Source: Camelus ferus (lineage: Eukaryota). Taken from it: a stretch of DNA of 64,000 bases. How positions within the stretch are numbered: position 1 is the stretch's first letter; the number at the start of each line of letters is the position of its first letter. The notes beneath the pieces are model-generated. The model searched no databases and was not told the DNA's origin. It saw only the letters and a list, made by a program, of their open reading frames with translations. This document shows positions 63,901 to 64,000 of the stretch, one piece after another. The translations under genes and the position numbers were made by a program. The stretch lies in contig NC_045696.1 in assembly GCF_009834535.1 (NCBI RefSeq), positions 121,088,001-121,152,000 of the forward strand. The letters are read 5' to 3'.

Positions 63901-64000
63901 CTCTCATGGTCTCAAGGATAAGGCTCCTGCAGGCCCTTTTCGCCGTACCTCTGGGACCAGCGTCAGACCAGTCCCAGAGGTCCAGGGGACTGGGTCAGCA

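Overview
Mammalian genomic DNA, most likely a camelid, judged from the tRNA-derived SINE with an AAATAAACCTAATTAC tail and the L1 3' ends. The only confidently recognisable gene is the 3' end of MRPL3 (mitochondrial ribosomal protein uL3m) on the minus strand. Its last three coding exons are at 62073-62150, 60746-60823 and 55257-55409, all with GT-AG junctions in phase 0. The rest is intergenic or intronic and repeat-rich: young L1 insertions with target-site duplications (TSDs), one with a twin-priming 5' inversion; an 11-kb nested minus-strand L1 stack containing a near full-length L1; several ERV LTRs; a non-coding ERV1-like internal region; a Zaphod-like hAT fossil; SINEs; and a CpG island at about 10.1-10.7 kb with no recognisable gene. 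The most notable oddities are a tail-less L1 fragment bracketed by an exact 14-bp inverted repeat, apparently within the MRPL3 3'UTR; an LTR with a phased CCAAT/octamer/TATA array; a candidate 40-nt MRPL3 cassette exon; and a speculative plus-strand exon chain. Repeat family names come from motif recognition, not database searches. I cannot demonstrate a new multi-gene system from this sequence alone.
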